This document shows, piece by piece, positions 1-11,766 of a DNA stretch of 51,518 nt. The number at the start of each line of letters is the position of its first letter. The stretch's first letter is position 1. The notes beneath the pieces were generated by a model. That model worked only from the letters and a program-made list of their open reading frames with translations, was not told the origin of the DNA and did no database searches. Location of the stretch: contig JAJZPJ010000001.1 in assembly GCA_021811225.1 (NCBI GenBank), forward strand, positions 1-51,518, read 5' to 3'. The DNA comes from Pseudomonadota bacterium. Its GTDB lineage: Bacteria; Pseudomonadota; Gammaproteobacteria; Burkholderiales; Rhodocyclaceae. A program made the translations under genes and the position numbers.

Positions 1-142
1 GCCATTTCGAAACGATCGCGCAGCCGACGCCGAGACCCAAATGCAAACCGAAACTGATCGATGGCGACGGCAAGCGCACGGGAAGCCACGCGCGAGCTCG
101 AACCGACCGAAAGAATGGCGTTAACACCGAAGGAGAAAGCTC

Positions 143-280
143 ATGAGCGGGAACGTGTACGCTATCTACACAGTCATCCTGCTGGTGCTGTTCATAGGCG
201 TGCTGCTTTGGACGTTTGGTAAAAAGCGTAAAAAACGCTTTGAGAAAGACGCCGAGATTCCATTCCAGGACGGGCAATGA
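143..280 (+). CDS. small single-pass membrane protein, FixQ/CcoQ-like (45 aa)
   Basis: Too short for the supplied ORF track. ATG 143 lies 6 nt after AAGGAG (131-136). It translates to MSGNVYAIYTVILLVLFIGVLLWTFGKKRKKRFEKDAEIPFQDGQ: one hydrophobic helix, a KKRKKR stop-transfer and a short PF-acidic tail, as in cbb3-oxidase subunit CcoQ/FixQ. The ATG overlaps (ATGA) the stop of a frame that is open from the window edge. Confidence 0.5.
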   Translation: MSGNVYAIYTVILLVLFIGVLLWTFGKKRKKRFEKDAEIPFQDGQ

Positions 281-536
281 GGTGGCAACGACCCGCGCGC
301 CGGCAGATTTCGTCGATGACCCCATTACGATTGAGCGCCCATATGCAAGGCCCAGCGCGGCGCAAGTGACCTTGGTCACATGCAGGTCGTGACCTGCGAC
401 ACGTCGAAGTCATGACTTCCGGGCGCTTGCATCCGCCGGGCCGAGGCTTAAAGTTCGAAACATGGGCGCACGGACAAAGACAGCACCGCGGCATCGACGT
501 GCAAACCCGATAGCGCAACATGAAAAGGACCAGACC

Positions 537-1067
537 ATGAACCAGACCATGACCAAGACCGATATTGCCGTCGCCGTGTATGGCAACCATACCCAGGCGG
601 AATCCGCCGTTAAGGCGCTGCAACGCGCCGGTTTCGACATGAAGAAGCTTTCGATCATCGGCAGGGATTACCACACCGAGGAACACGTCGTCGGCTTTCT
701 CAATGCCGGCGATCGGGCCAAGTTCATGGGCAAGCTCGGTGTGTTCTGGGGCGGCTTGATGGGGATGCTGTTCGGCTCCGCCCTGTTATTCGTGCCGGTG
801 GTGGGCCATGTGATCATCCTGGGTCCGCTCGCGGCAACCATCTTCGGTGGCCTGCAAGGCGCCGTCCTGGGTGGTGGCGCCAGCGCCCTGGTCGGCGCCT
901 TGATGGCAATTGGCATTCCGAAGGATTCCGTGCTGCGCTACGAAACCGCGCTGAAGTCCGACAAGTTCCTGTTGATCGTTCATGGCGACGCGCAGGAGAT
1001 CAAGCGGGCGTATGAACTGCTCACGACCTCCGGTCTTGCTTCGTTCGATCATCACACCGTCGCCTGA
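537..1067 (+). CDS. membrane protein with general-stress-protein-like soluble domains flanking a Gly-rich transmembrane core (DUF1269-like)
   Basis: Frame 462..1067. The internal ATG at 537 follows AAAAGGA. The N-terminus DIAVAVYGNHTQAESAVKALQRAGFDMKKLSIIGRD and the C-terminus FLLIVHGDAQEIKRAYELL flank Gly/Ala/Leu-rich helices. The family assignment is from memory of the motif layout. Confidence 0.65.
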   Translation: MNQTMTKTDIAVAVYGNHTQAESAVKALQRAGFDMKKLSIIGRDYHTEEHVVGFLNAGDRAKFMGKLGVFWGGLMGMLFGSALLFVPVVGHVIILGPLAATIFGGLQGAVLGGGASALVGALMAIGIPKDSVLRYETALKSDKFLLIVHGDAQEIKRAYELLTTSGLASFDHHTVA

Positions 1068-1305
1068 GCTGCCGCGTACCAGGCTCATCTCCGACGCAAA
1101 AGAAGCAAACGTTTTCCACGCAGTCAACCTGAATTCACCTTGAAAGTAGCGCGTATGAAACTCAAGACCGGTGCGTAGCAACGGGCCGCGCTGATGAAAC
1201 CGGGTTCGTGAACGGCTGGATTTGTCCATCGCTTTCGCGATAGACAAACATGACGTGCAGCTTGTCCGTACATTTTTTACAACCAGTAGTGATTAGGAGC
1301 GGATC

Positions 1306-1824
1306 GTGAACAAATCAGTGGCGATGGGATTCATTATGCTGGCAAGCTTGGCAGTACTGAGCGGCTGTACGACGATGGGCACGGGCCAAGGCGATATATC
1401 GGGCAACCACCAGCCCGGCGAACCGGTGCATTTCACCTGGAAAAGCACCGACGGCGGGCAGCAGGGCACGATGACGGCGACGCTGCAGCATGCGATCTAT
1501 CATGGTCGATTCTTCCAGATTACCCACCAGACACGGCGGGAAATACTGGCGCCGTTATGGGTGGGCTGGAATGATGGCTGGAGCGACTGGCCGTATTGGG
1601 GCGGGCCGTTTGCGGGCGGCGCATTTCAGGGCGGCTACGACACGACGCAGTTCGTCACTTATTATTCGGGCAAGGTGCTGGCAAACCTGAGCGGTCCGGC
1701 GGGGAAACGGATGCGCTGCCGTTTCCTGCTATTTTCACCATCGTCGGGCATGGCGGGCGGCGGGCAGGGCGAATGCCAGCTCTTGGGCGGGCGCACGATC
1801 AACGCTACGTTTGACCCCTCCTGA
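1306..1824 (+). CDS. hypothetical lipoprotein
   Basis: GTG start after AGGAGC. The signal peptide ends in the lipobox LSGC (MNKSVAMGFIMLASLAVLSGCTT). The mature part is Trp/Gly-rich with no family I recognise. Confidence 0.65.
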   Translation: MNKSVAMGFIMLASLAVLSGCTTMGTGQGDISGNHQPGEPVHFTWKSTDGGQQGTMTATLQHAIYHGRFFQITHQTRREILAPLWVGWNDGWSDWPYWGGPFAGGAFQGGYDTTQFVTYYSGKVLANLSGPAGKRMRCRFLLFSPSSGMAGGGQGECQLLGGRTINATFDPS

Positions 1825-1841
1825 ATTCATATTTTTCTAAC

Positions 1842-2213
1842 CGACTGGCATACTTCTTCGGAACGACCACCCTTTCAGCACTGGTGGTCGTCATCGGGAG
1901 CGGAATCATCATCGCCATCTTCGGTCCCGGCTGGTGGCACGTATCACCGGCGGGCCACTTCCTCAACTCCGTCCACTTCTGGGGAGTGGAGGTGTTCTAC
2001 TTCGGTCTGGTGCTGCACCTGCTCGCGAAATTCTTCAAGGCGGCCTGGCGTGACGGCCGCTGGCGCACCTGGGCGATCGGCCTCGTGACCTTCGGCGTGA
2101 CGATCTTTTCCGGGATCACGGGGACGCTGCTGCAGCAGAACTGGGACGCCCGATGGAATGCAGTTCAGGGCAAGGATCCGATGAGCGCCCTCGGCCTCCA
2201 GTGTGTTCAATGA
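1842..2213 (+). pseudogene. truncated cytochrome b N-terminal-domain remnant
   Basis: The frame is open from the stop at 1839, with no ATG (the track used GTG 1884). LAYFFGTTTLSALVVVIGSG...HFWGVEVFYFGLVLHLLAKFFKAAWRDGRWRTWAIGLVTFGVTIFSGITG matches helices A-C of cytochrome b (QcrB/PetB type), including the two helix-B histidines. It stops after about 120 residues, before the helix-D histidines. There is no proper N-terminus. Confidence 0.55.
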
Positions 2214-2306
2214 ACCGCCGGATGCGGAACCGCACGTCCGGTGGTGTGGGAGGGCGACAGGGGTAACCCTGTCCCCTACCCGATGTGCGCCCGGCAGGGC
2301 GCACCG

Positions 2307-2338
2307 AAAAAAAACCCCGGTCAGCCGGGGTTTTTTTT
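2307..2338. terminator. bidirectional intrinsic terminator
   Basis: AAAAAAAA-CCCCGG-TCAG-CCGGGG-TTTTTTTT: a GC stem with an A-tract on one side and a T-tract on the other. It sits between convergent genes, and the stop codon of the minus-strand gene lies inside it. Confidence 0.75.
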
Positions 2339-3448
2339 CGTCCGCAAGGCCCTTATCAGCGCGACAGCAAACAGTGCGATGCCGGCCGCCGCCAGCCACA
2401 GGCCCGAAGGCTGGCCGAGTGCGGCAAGGGTTCCGCCCGCCACCAGGAGCAGCGAGCGCAACAGCGCGTGGCGCCCCAGCGCCGCGCGCATGCGGTCGTG
2501 CCACGGCTGTCTCGGGCCGGGACGCAGCCAGACCGGCAGGAGCTGCGTCGCGGCGCCGGTGACCAGCGGCAGCAAGAAGGCGGCGACGAAGCCTGACAGT
2601 GCATCCTGACCCGACAAGTAGTTCAGGGCGTGGCCGATGCCGGCCAACACCAGGAAGATCAGGCCGACGCAGGCGGCCACCAGCGAGGACGCGGCGCCGT
2701 GGCGGCAGTTGATCCGGTCCGGGAAGGCCGCTCGCCAGTGCCATCCCATGCGCAGCGGGGGAAGCGCGTACAGGCAGGCGCCGACGATGGCCAGCGGCAG
2801 GCTCCAGGCTGCGCCGACTGCGATTGCGGCGGCGCCGGCCACCGCCAGCTTGAGATCGCCGCTCAGGCGGACGGCGGCGCTCGGATCGGCACGTCCTGCG
2901 GCGGTGGGCAGCAGCACCTGCAGTGTGCCGATGGCCGTCAGGCCGACGAAGCCGAGCAGGTTGGCGTGCAGGTGGAAGAGCCGCAGCGCCTGACGCTGCT
3001 CCGGCCAGAGGCTCATCAGCGGCACGGCGACGAGCGCCGCGGCGAGAAAGCCCAGCGCCGCGAGATACCAGGCCAGACCCGGGTGGGGCCGGCCCAGGCA
3101 GCGGCGGGCACGGTGCGCGGTCCAGGCGAGCAGCGTCAGCGTCGCCGTGCCCGCGAGGGCCGCGGCGGCGAGTTCGGCCCCGGGTTGCGGCAGGAGACCG
3201 GCGAAGCCGGCAACGACCAGCGCGCCGCCGGCCCAGGCGGCCAGCGCCGTGCGCTGCAGCCATTTCGGCGCGCCCTCGCCGCGGCCGAGCACCGGCACGA
3301 AGTGCGCGATCGCCGCCAGGATCAATGGCAGGACGCCGAGCGCGAGGGCGACGTGGGCGGCGAGTTGCGGCGGCTGAGCTGCGGACAGCCAGAGCGCCAG
3401 CGCTGCCGCCATCATGGCGACGGCATTGATGGCGAGGGCCGGCAGCAT
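2321..3448 (-). CDS. polytopic inner-membrane protein, unknown function (about 10-12 helices)
   Basis: 375 aa, almost entirely hydrophobic Ala/Leu/Gly helices. Conserved-looking motifs are HFVPVL and FHLHANLLGFVGLTAIG. Its ATG at 3448 is 1 nt downstream of the uvrA stop (TGA-G-ATG on the minus strand). Confidence 0.7.
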   Translation of the reverse strand: MLPALAINAVAMMAAALALWLSAAQPPQLAAHVALALGVLPLILAAIAHFVPVLGRGEGAPKWLQRTALAAWAGGALVVAGFAGLLPQPGAELAAAALAGTATLTLLAWTAHRARRCLGRPHPGLAWYLAALGFLAAALVAVPLMSLWPEQRQALRLFHLHANLLGFVGLTAIGTLQVLLPTAAGRADPSAAVRLSGDLKLAVAGAAAIAVGAAWSLPLAIVGACLYALPPLRMGWHWRAAFPDRINCRHGAASSLVAACVGLIFLVLAGIGHALNYLSGQDALSGFVAAFLLPLVTGAATQLLPVWLRPGPRQPWHDRMRAALGRHALLRSLLLVAGGTLAALGQPSGLWLAAAGIALFAVALIRALRTKKNPG

Positions 3449-3449
3449 C

Positions 3450-6302
<2,853 letters not shown>

Positions 6303-6375
6303 GAGGGTCGTTTTTTCTGGCAAGGCGTCGGGCGAACCAAGTAATATACCTGCTTTTGGTTTCCCGGCCCGTTCC

Positions 6376-7752
6376 ATGAACACAGCAGACAAGATGACCC
6401 CACTGGAAAAGAAGGCGACGACCTCCCTCGCGCTCATTTTCGCCCTGCGCATGTTCGGCATGTTTTCCATCCTGCCGGTGCTGGCGATTTATGCCCGCGA
6501 CCTGCCCGGCGGCGGCAGCGACTTTCTGATCGGCGTGGCGCTGGGCATCGACGGCCTGGCCCAGGCCATCCTGCAAATTCCCTTCGGCTTGCTCTCCGAC
6601 CACATCGGCAGGAAGCCGGTCATCTACATGGGCCTCGCCCTGTTCGCCATCGGCAGCTTCATCGCCGCCGGCGGCCACGACATCTATATCATCATCCTCG
6701 GCCGGTTGATCCAGGGCACCGGCGCCGTCGCCTCGTCGATCATCGCGCTGATCGCCGACCTGACGCGCGAGGAAAACCGCGCCAAGGGCATGGCGACCAT
6801 TGGTCTCAGCATCGGCGCCACCTTCGCCATCTCGATGGTGGCGGGCCCCACCCTGGGCCACCTGATCGGCGTGCCGGGCATCTTTGCGCTCACCGGCGTT
6901 CTGGCCATCGCCGCCATGGCGGTCACCCGCTTCGTCGTTCCCAATCCGGTCGTCAGCCGGGTCCACGCCGACGCGGAAACGGTGCCGGGCCAGATCTTCT
7001 CGATATTGAAGAACCTCGAACTGCAGCGGCTCAACTTCGGCATCTTCACCCTGCACGCGGCGATGCGCGGCCTGTTCGTGGTCATTCCCCTGGTGCTGGT
7101 GGAAGTGGGCGGCCTGCCCGTCGCCCAGCACTGGAAGGTCTATCTGCCGGTGATGGTGATTTCCTTCTTCGCCGTCATTCCGGCGATCATCATCGCCGAG
7201 AAGTACGGCAAGATGAAGCCGGTGTTCTGCGGCGCGGTAGCCCTGCTCGCCACGGCGAGCCTGCTGATGGCGGTGTTCATCGGCAATTTCGCCGGCGTGG
7301 TGATCACCCTGTTCCTGTTCTTCCTGGCCTTCAACCTGCTGGAAGCGACGCTGCCCTCGCTGATCTCGAAGATCGCTCCCGCCGGCAGCAAGGGCACCGC
7401 CATCGGCGTCTACAACACCTTCCAGTTCCTCGGCCTGTTCCTGGGCGGCGCCTTCGGCGGCTTCCTGGCCCAGCACGTGAGCCGTTCCGCGGTGTTCGTC
7501 TTCGCCACCGGCCTGGGGCTGGTCTGGCTGCTCCTGGCCTTGTCGATGACGCCGCCACCGCAGGTGCGGACCCTGATGCGCCACGTCGTCGGCGACCTGG
7601 ACGAGGCGCGCGCGAAGAGGCTCTCCGCCGCTCTGGCGGCGGTCGATGGGGTGACCGAGGCGATGGTCATCGCCGACGAGGGGGTGGCCTATTTGAAGGT
7701 GCGCATGAGCGGTTGGGACGAGGCCGGCGCGAACAGATTGCTGCAAGCTTGA
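6376..7752 (+). CDS. MFS transporter with a C-terminal ferredoxin-fold (degenerate HMA-like) domain
   Basis: In-frame ATG at 6376 (alternative 6394) of track ORF 6172..7752; the region upstream is antisense to uvrA. It has 12 predicted helices and the MFS loop motif [11 protein letters not shown]. It is divergent from uvrA and upstream of ssb. Confidence 0.88.
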   Translation: MNTADKMTPLEKKATTSLALIFALRMFGMFSILPVLAIYARDLPGGGSDFLIGVALGIDGLAQAILQIPFGLLSDHIGRKPVIYMGLALFAIGSFIAAGGHDIYIIILGRLIQGTGAVASSIIALIADLTREENRAKGMATIGLSIGATFAISMVAGPTLGHLIGVPGIFALTGVLAIAAMAVTRFVVPNPVVSRVHADAETVPGQIFSILKNLELQRLNFGIFTLHAAMRGLFVVIPLVLVEVGGLPVAQHWKVYLPVMVISFFAVIPAIIIAEKYGKMKPVFCGAVALLATASLLMAVFIGNFAGVVITLFLFFLAFNLLEATLPSLISKIAPAGSKGTAIGVYNTFQFLGLFLGGAFGGFLAQHVSRSAVFVFATGLGLVWLLLALSMTPPPQVRTLMRHVVGDLDEARAKRLSAALAAVDGVTEAMVIADEGVAYLKVRMSGWDEAGANRLLQA

Positions 7753-7785
7753 ATCGACAAGGTTGAATCGACAAGGAGAATCGAA
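7749..7785. repeat. 14-bp tandem direct repeat (2.6 copies) immediately upstream of ssb
   Basis: TTGAATCGACAAGG (7749-7762) is repeated at 7763-7776 and followed by the partial copy AGAATCGAA. The second unit runs into the ssb Shine-Dalgarno (AAGGAG). Confidence 0.85.
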
Positions 7786-8256
7786 ATGGCATCGGTGAAT
7801 AAAGTGATATTGGTGGGCAATCTCGGCCGCGATCCGGAGACCCGCTACATGCCCAACGGCGAAGCGGTGACCAACTGCACGCTGGCCACGACCGACACCT
7901 GGAAGGACAAGAACAGCGGCGAGAAGAAGGAGGCGACCGAATGGCATCGCCTCGTCTTCTACCGCAAGCTGGCCGAAATCGCCGGCCAGTACCTGAAGAA
8001 GGGCTCGCAGGTCTATATCGAGGGCTCGCTGAAGACGCGCAAGTGGACCGACAAGGAAGGCGTGGAGAAATACACCACCGAGATCATCGCCGACACCATG
8101 CAGATGCTGGGCAGTCGCCAGGGCAGCGGCCAGGCCGACGAGCGGCCGGCGCAGTCGGCCGGCGTCGCCGCCAAGCCCGCGGCCCAGTCCTCGGGTAATA
8201 CCCCGGGCAACGCCGGCAGCGGCTTCAACGACTTCGAGGACGATATCCCGTTCTAG
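7786..8256 (+). CDS. ssb: single-stranded DNA-binding protein
   Basis: [36 protein letters not shown]...[11 protein letters not shown]-fold, a Gly/Gln/Ala-rich linker and the acidic tip DFEDDIPF. Confidence 0.97.
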   Translation: MASVNKVILVGNLGRDPETRYMPNGEAVTNCTLATTDTWKDKNSGEKKEATEWHRLVFYRKLAEIAGQYLKKGSQVYIEGSLKTRKWTDKEGVEKYTTEIIADTMQMLGSRQGSGQADERPAQSAGVAAKPAAQSSGNTPGNAGSGFNDFEDDIPF

Positions 8257-8357
8257 AGGGTACCTAGGGCATTCTTGTAAGACACTCGGGCAAATAATGA
8301 CCAAGTGATTGCAGGAAAGCTGGCGTTGATCCGTCGGATGGGTAGGGTGACGCAGAT

Positions 8358-10298
8358 CTAAGTCGTCCCGATTGTTTTGAGATGACGCCAGAGTGTCGTG
8401 CGGCTGATGCCCAGCATTTTTGCCGCGACCTGCCTGTTTCCGCCTGCCTTGGCCATGATTTCGCTGAGCGTGGTGGCTTCCAACGGCCGATGCGATAAGG
8501 AGGACATGTCCTCCTCGACAGGTTTCCCGGAGAAAATCTCCGGGAAATCCTCGCTGAAATCATTGTAGTTTATTTCCGTGGCCATCTGGCAAGCGCTCAG
8601 AGAGACCGCCAGGCGCTCGGCGACGTTCTCCAGTTCACGAACATTTCCCGGCCAGCGGTAGGAGCGAAGATAGGGCATGAGTGGCGCCAGCGCCTGATCG
8701 GCTGGGAGGCTGGATCCTGAGCGACGCAGCGAGGCATGCAGCATTTGCAGTGCCAGGATGGGAATGTCATCTACGCGCTCGCGCAAAGCAGGCAGATGCA
8801 AGTGAAGGATATTCAGGCGATAGTAGAGGTCGACGCGAAACAGACCGTTTTCGGCTCGCTGCATAAGATCCTGATGAGTGGCGGCAATGATACGTACGTC
8901 GATGGGGACGGGTTGCGCGTTGCCCAAACGGACGACCTCTTTCTCCTGCAGGACGCGAAGCAGCCTTGTCTGCAAGGGAATCGGCATATCTCCGATCTCG
9001 TCCAAGAAAATAGTGCCGGTGTGGGCGACCTCGAACAGCCCCGGCTTCCCTCCTTTGCGCGAGCCGGTAAAGGCGCCTTCCTCGTAGCCGAACAATTCGC
9101 TTTCGAGCAACGGTTCCGGAAAGGCGGCACAGTTGACTGCGACAAACGGCTTGTCTCTGCGGCTACTGGCATTGTGGATGGATTGGGCGAACAATTCCTT
9201 GCCGGTCCCGCTCTCACCCGTAATCAATACCGTCGAATTCGTGCTGGCATAACGTTCGGCGGCGAGGCGGGCGTGAGCGAATGCGCTGCTGTTTCCGACA
9301 ATCTGATGGAAATGGTAGCGGGCAGCAAGATTGCGTACGCGGCGCTGGCTCCGGATGTTGGTGTCGGCGCGCTGGATGACGCGAGCATCCTGGAGCGTCA
9401 GGACCGCACCGGAGATCAATCCTTGCTCGCGGATTGGAATATGGTTGGCAACGCAGGTGGCCAGATTGAGCTGTACCACCCGTTCCAAGGCTTCTTCGCC
9501 GGAGGACAACACCCCGCGCAGCGACAGAGGCGGTGCAAGATCGCTGAGCACGCGGCCCAAAGCCTCGGCACAGGGGACCCCGATCATCCGCTCCATCGCA
9601 GGATTGATTGCGGTAATCCTCTCTGAGGAATCAACGGCGAGAACCGCCTCCTGCAGGTGATGCAGCACGATATTGAGTTGCTCGTAACGGGCGCTTTCGA
9701 TCTTGGCGATGCGTGCGATTTCGATGCCATCGTCGATTGCCTGGCGTATCGAAGTCTGGCTGTAGGCCAAAATACCCACGATACCGTTCTGCTCGGCGAG
9801 ATCGACGACCACGCTCGATCCGACGATGACCTGGTAGCCTTCCGCCGCGAAACTCCGGAAACAATCCCGTGCATCTTCCAACGTCTGGTAAGTGCGCTGA
9901 GAAACTTCCAGTTTGAGCAGGCTCTTCGTGGCCTCGAGTTCAGGAATCGGGTCACGGTAGGTGACGATTCCGACGCGCTCTGAAACCATTCGTGCCTTCA
10001 TCAAGGCAAGCAGCACATCATAGCCGGTCACTTTGATGGGTACTACCGGAAGTGTCAGCGCGGAGCGCAAGATCGTTGCATTTGCGCCCGCGCTGATGAT
10101 TACGTCGGCCGCCTTGTTTCGTTCCAGATCTTTCGCGACGGTGAGTGCCTCATCGAAAACCTGATCGACTACGACGATGTCGGCCTGGTTCCCATAATCC
10201 GCCAAGACGGAATGCACGAGTCGGTTGAGCCCCTTGTAACCCATGACGCAGATTCTCGGTTTGCGCAGCACCGCCTCGGAATTCTTCTGTAGCACCAT
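8358..10298 (-). CDS. sigma-54-dependent transcriptional activator, PrpR/AcoR type
   Basis: N-terminal PrpR-N-like domain ([15 protein letters not shown]...[14 protein letters not shown]), a central PAS-like segment, an AAA+ sigma-54 interaction domain ([15 protein letters not shown], the GAFTGS loop as EGAFTGS) and a C-terminal Fis-type HTH ([23 protein letters not shown]). Confidence 0.93.
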   Translation of the reverse strand: MVLQKNSEAVLRKPRICVMGYKGLNRLVHSVLADYGNQADIVVVDQVFDEALTVAKDLERNKAADVIISAGANATILRSALTLPVVPIKVTGYDVLLALMKARMVSERVGIVTYRDPIPELEATKSLLKLEVSQRTYQTLEDARDCFRSFAAEGYQVIVGSSVVVDLAEQNGIVGILAYSQTSIRQAIDDGIEIARIAKIESARYEQLNIVLHHLQEAVLAVDSSERITAINPAMERMIGVPCAEALGRVLSDLAPPLSLRGVLSSGEEALERVVQLNLATCVANHIPIREQGLISGAVLTLQDARVIQRADTNIRSQRRVRNLAARYHFHQIVGNSSAFAHARLAAERYASTNSTVLITGESGTGKELFAQSIHNASSRRDKPFVAVNCAAFPEPLLESELFGYEEGAFTGSRKGGKPGLFEVAHTGTIFLDEIGDMPIPLQTRLLRVLQEKEVVRLGNAQPVPIDVRIIAATHQDLMQRAENGLFRVDLYYRLNILHLHLPALRERVDDIPILALQMLHASLRRSGSSLPADQALAPLMPYLRSYRWPGNVRELENVAERLAVSLSACQMATEINYNDFSEDFPEIFSGKPVEEDMSSLSHRPLEATTLSEIMAKAGGNRQVAAKMLGISRTTLWRHLKTIGTT

Positions 10299-10331
10299 AT
10301 CCTTCTTTCCCCCCTGATTGAGTCATGGCGA

Positions 10332-10399
10332 TGTTTCAAAAACGTTTCATGTTACATCGCATTTTGTTACGAGAAACACTATTTGAAACATTCATGAAA
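10332..10399. promoter_or_regulatory. candidate upstream activator sequence: GTTTC/GAAAC half-site array
   Basis: TGTTTCAAA (10332-10340) and TTTGAAACA (10382-10390) are a perfect 9-bp inverted pair. A second GTTTC (10344-10348) and GAAAC (10373-10377) lie inside them, and TTTCATG (10345) pairs with CATGAAA (10393). The array is 85-140 bp upstream of the -24 element. Confidence 0.35.
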
Positions 10400-10474
10400 T
10401 ATCAGCTCTCATTGAATCAGGCGGAGAAATGTAAATTCATATATAAAACAGATGCTTGGTTATTAATGTAAAAC

Positions 10475-10490
10475 TGGCATGGGCATTGCT
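10475..10490 (+). promoter_or_regulatory. sigma-54 (-24/-12) promoter
   Basis: TGGCAT-GGGCA-TTGCT matches TGGCAC-N5-TTGCW with exact spacing. It faces the 11-gene operon, is divergent from the sigma-54 activator gene, and follows an AT-rich stretch. Confidence 0.8.
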
Positions 10491-10532
10491 CTAAGCAACT
10501 CCATGACAGTATCTAATACCAAGGGAACATTT

Positions 10533-11732
10533 GTGAAATCCCTCGAAAACATTCTCGTATTGGACCTGACGCACATGTTGTCAGGTCCTTATGGCGCCAT
10601 GCTCCTGTCCGACCTCGGGGCGAGGGCAATCAAGGTGGAATCCCCAATAAGCGGAGAAGGGACGCGCCAACTGCTGGCAACGAGCCCCGAGTATTCCCGT
10701 CAAGGAATGGGTGCCTACTTCTTGACGCTCAATCGCGGTAAGGAGAGCGTCTGCATCGATTTGAAGTCGGATGCTGGCCGGGAAGTCTTTTACGACTTGG
10801 TGCGCAAGGCGGATGTCGTTTTCGACAACTTCAGTGTTGGTGTCACCAAACGCCTGAAAATTGATCATGAGACGCTCGCCGCAATCAACCCCAGGATCGT
10901 GACCTGCTCCGTGTCCGGGTTTGGCGAGACTGGTCCGGAACCCACTCGGCCCGCATTCGATTCGGTGGTTCAGGGGATGGGCGGCGGCATGTCGATCACC
11001 GGGTTCCCGGGCGGAGAGCCGGTCAGATCCGGAATCCCGATTGGGGACCTTGGCGGTGGGATGTTTGGCGCACTCGGCATCCTTGCGGCGCTCATCGCCC
11101 GCGGCAAGAACGGGCGAGGCCAGCATGTCGATGTCTCGATGCTTGACGTGCAGATTTCGCTGCTCAATTACATGGCGACCATGTACCTCATGTCAGGGAT
11201 AGTCCCCGAGCCTATGGGCAATGCGCACTTCGTTCACGTACCCTACAATGCCTTTAGAACCCAGACCGGCTACATCATCATCGCCTGCATCGGCGATGCC
11301 TTCTATGAGAAGTTCCTAGAGGTGATTCCCCGCCCCGAGCTTCGTCAGGAAAAATACAAGAAGCAACCTGGTCGCTATGCCGAGCGCGACCTAATCAACC
11401 GCATCATTCAAGAAGAGCTGCTGGCGAATACCTCTGAGTATTGGCTGGAGAAGCTTCGGGCCGCCAGGATCCCCTGCGGGCCCGTCAATGATTTCAAGCA
11501 AGCGCTGCGTGACCCCCAGATCGTGGCTCGCAACATGGTCGTTAATGTGCAGCTGCAAACTGGCGAGACGGTCAGCATGCCGGGTAACCCGATCAAATTA
11601 TCAGAAGCCGGAGAGGAAGTGTTTTCGCCACCGCCCTTGTTGGGCGAGCATACCGATGCGGTTCTCAAGGATCTGCTCGGCTATGACGCGGAAAGAATCG
11701 CGCCGCTCAAGGCAGCAGGGATCATCCAATAA
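10533..11732 (+). CDS. family III (CaiB/BaiF) acyl-CoA transferase
   Basis: LENILVLDLTHMLSGPYGAMLLSDLGARAIKVE and the catalytic-Asp region RPAFDSVVQGMGG. The track start at 10479 lies inside the sigma-54 promoter. GTG 10533 sits 6 nt after AAGGGA; ATG 10503 is an alternative. Confidence 0.9.
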   Translation: MKSLENILVLDLTHMLSGPYGAMLLSDLGARAIKVESPISGEGTRQLLATSPEYSRQGMGAYFLTLNRGKESVCIDLKSDAGREVFYDLVRKADVVFDNFSVGVTKRLKIDHETLAAINPRIVTCSVSGFGETGPEPTRPAFDSVVQGMGGGMSITGFPGGEPVRSGIPIGDLGGGMFGALGILAALIARGKNGRGQHVDVSMLDVQISLLNYMATMYLMSGIVPEPMGNAHFVHVPYNAFRTQTGYIIIACIGDAFYEKFLEVIPRPELRQEKYKKQPGRYAERDLINRIIQEELLANTSEYWLEKLRAARIPCGPVNDFKQALRDPQIVARNMVVNVQLQTGETVSMPGNPIKLSEAGEEVFSPPPLLGEHTDAVLKDLLGYDAERIAPLKAAGIIQ

Positions 11733-11766
11733 GCAAGCGGCTTGGCAAGGAAACTACGGAGGAAAA

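Noticed and set aside
6303-6375. LexA/SOS box in the uvrA-MFS divergent region and upstream of ssb.
   Set aside because: I scanned by eye for CTGT-N8-ACAG and found no match in 6303-6375 or 7753-7785.
10479-10532. ATG at 10479 as the start of the CoA-transferase gene (ORF-track call).
   Set aside because: This ATG is part of the TGGCAT -24 element of the sigma-54 promoter, so it lies upstream of the transcription start.
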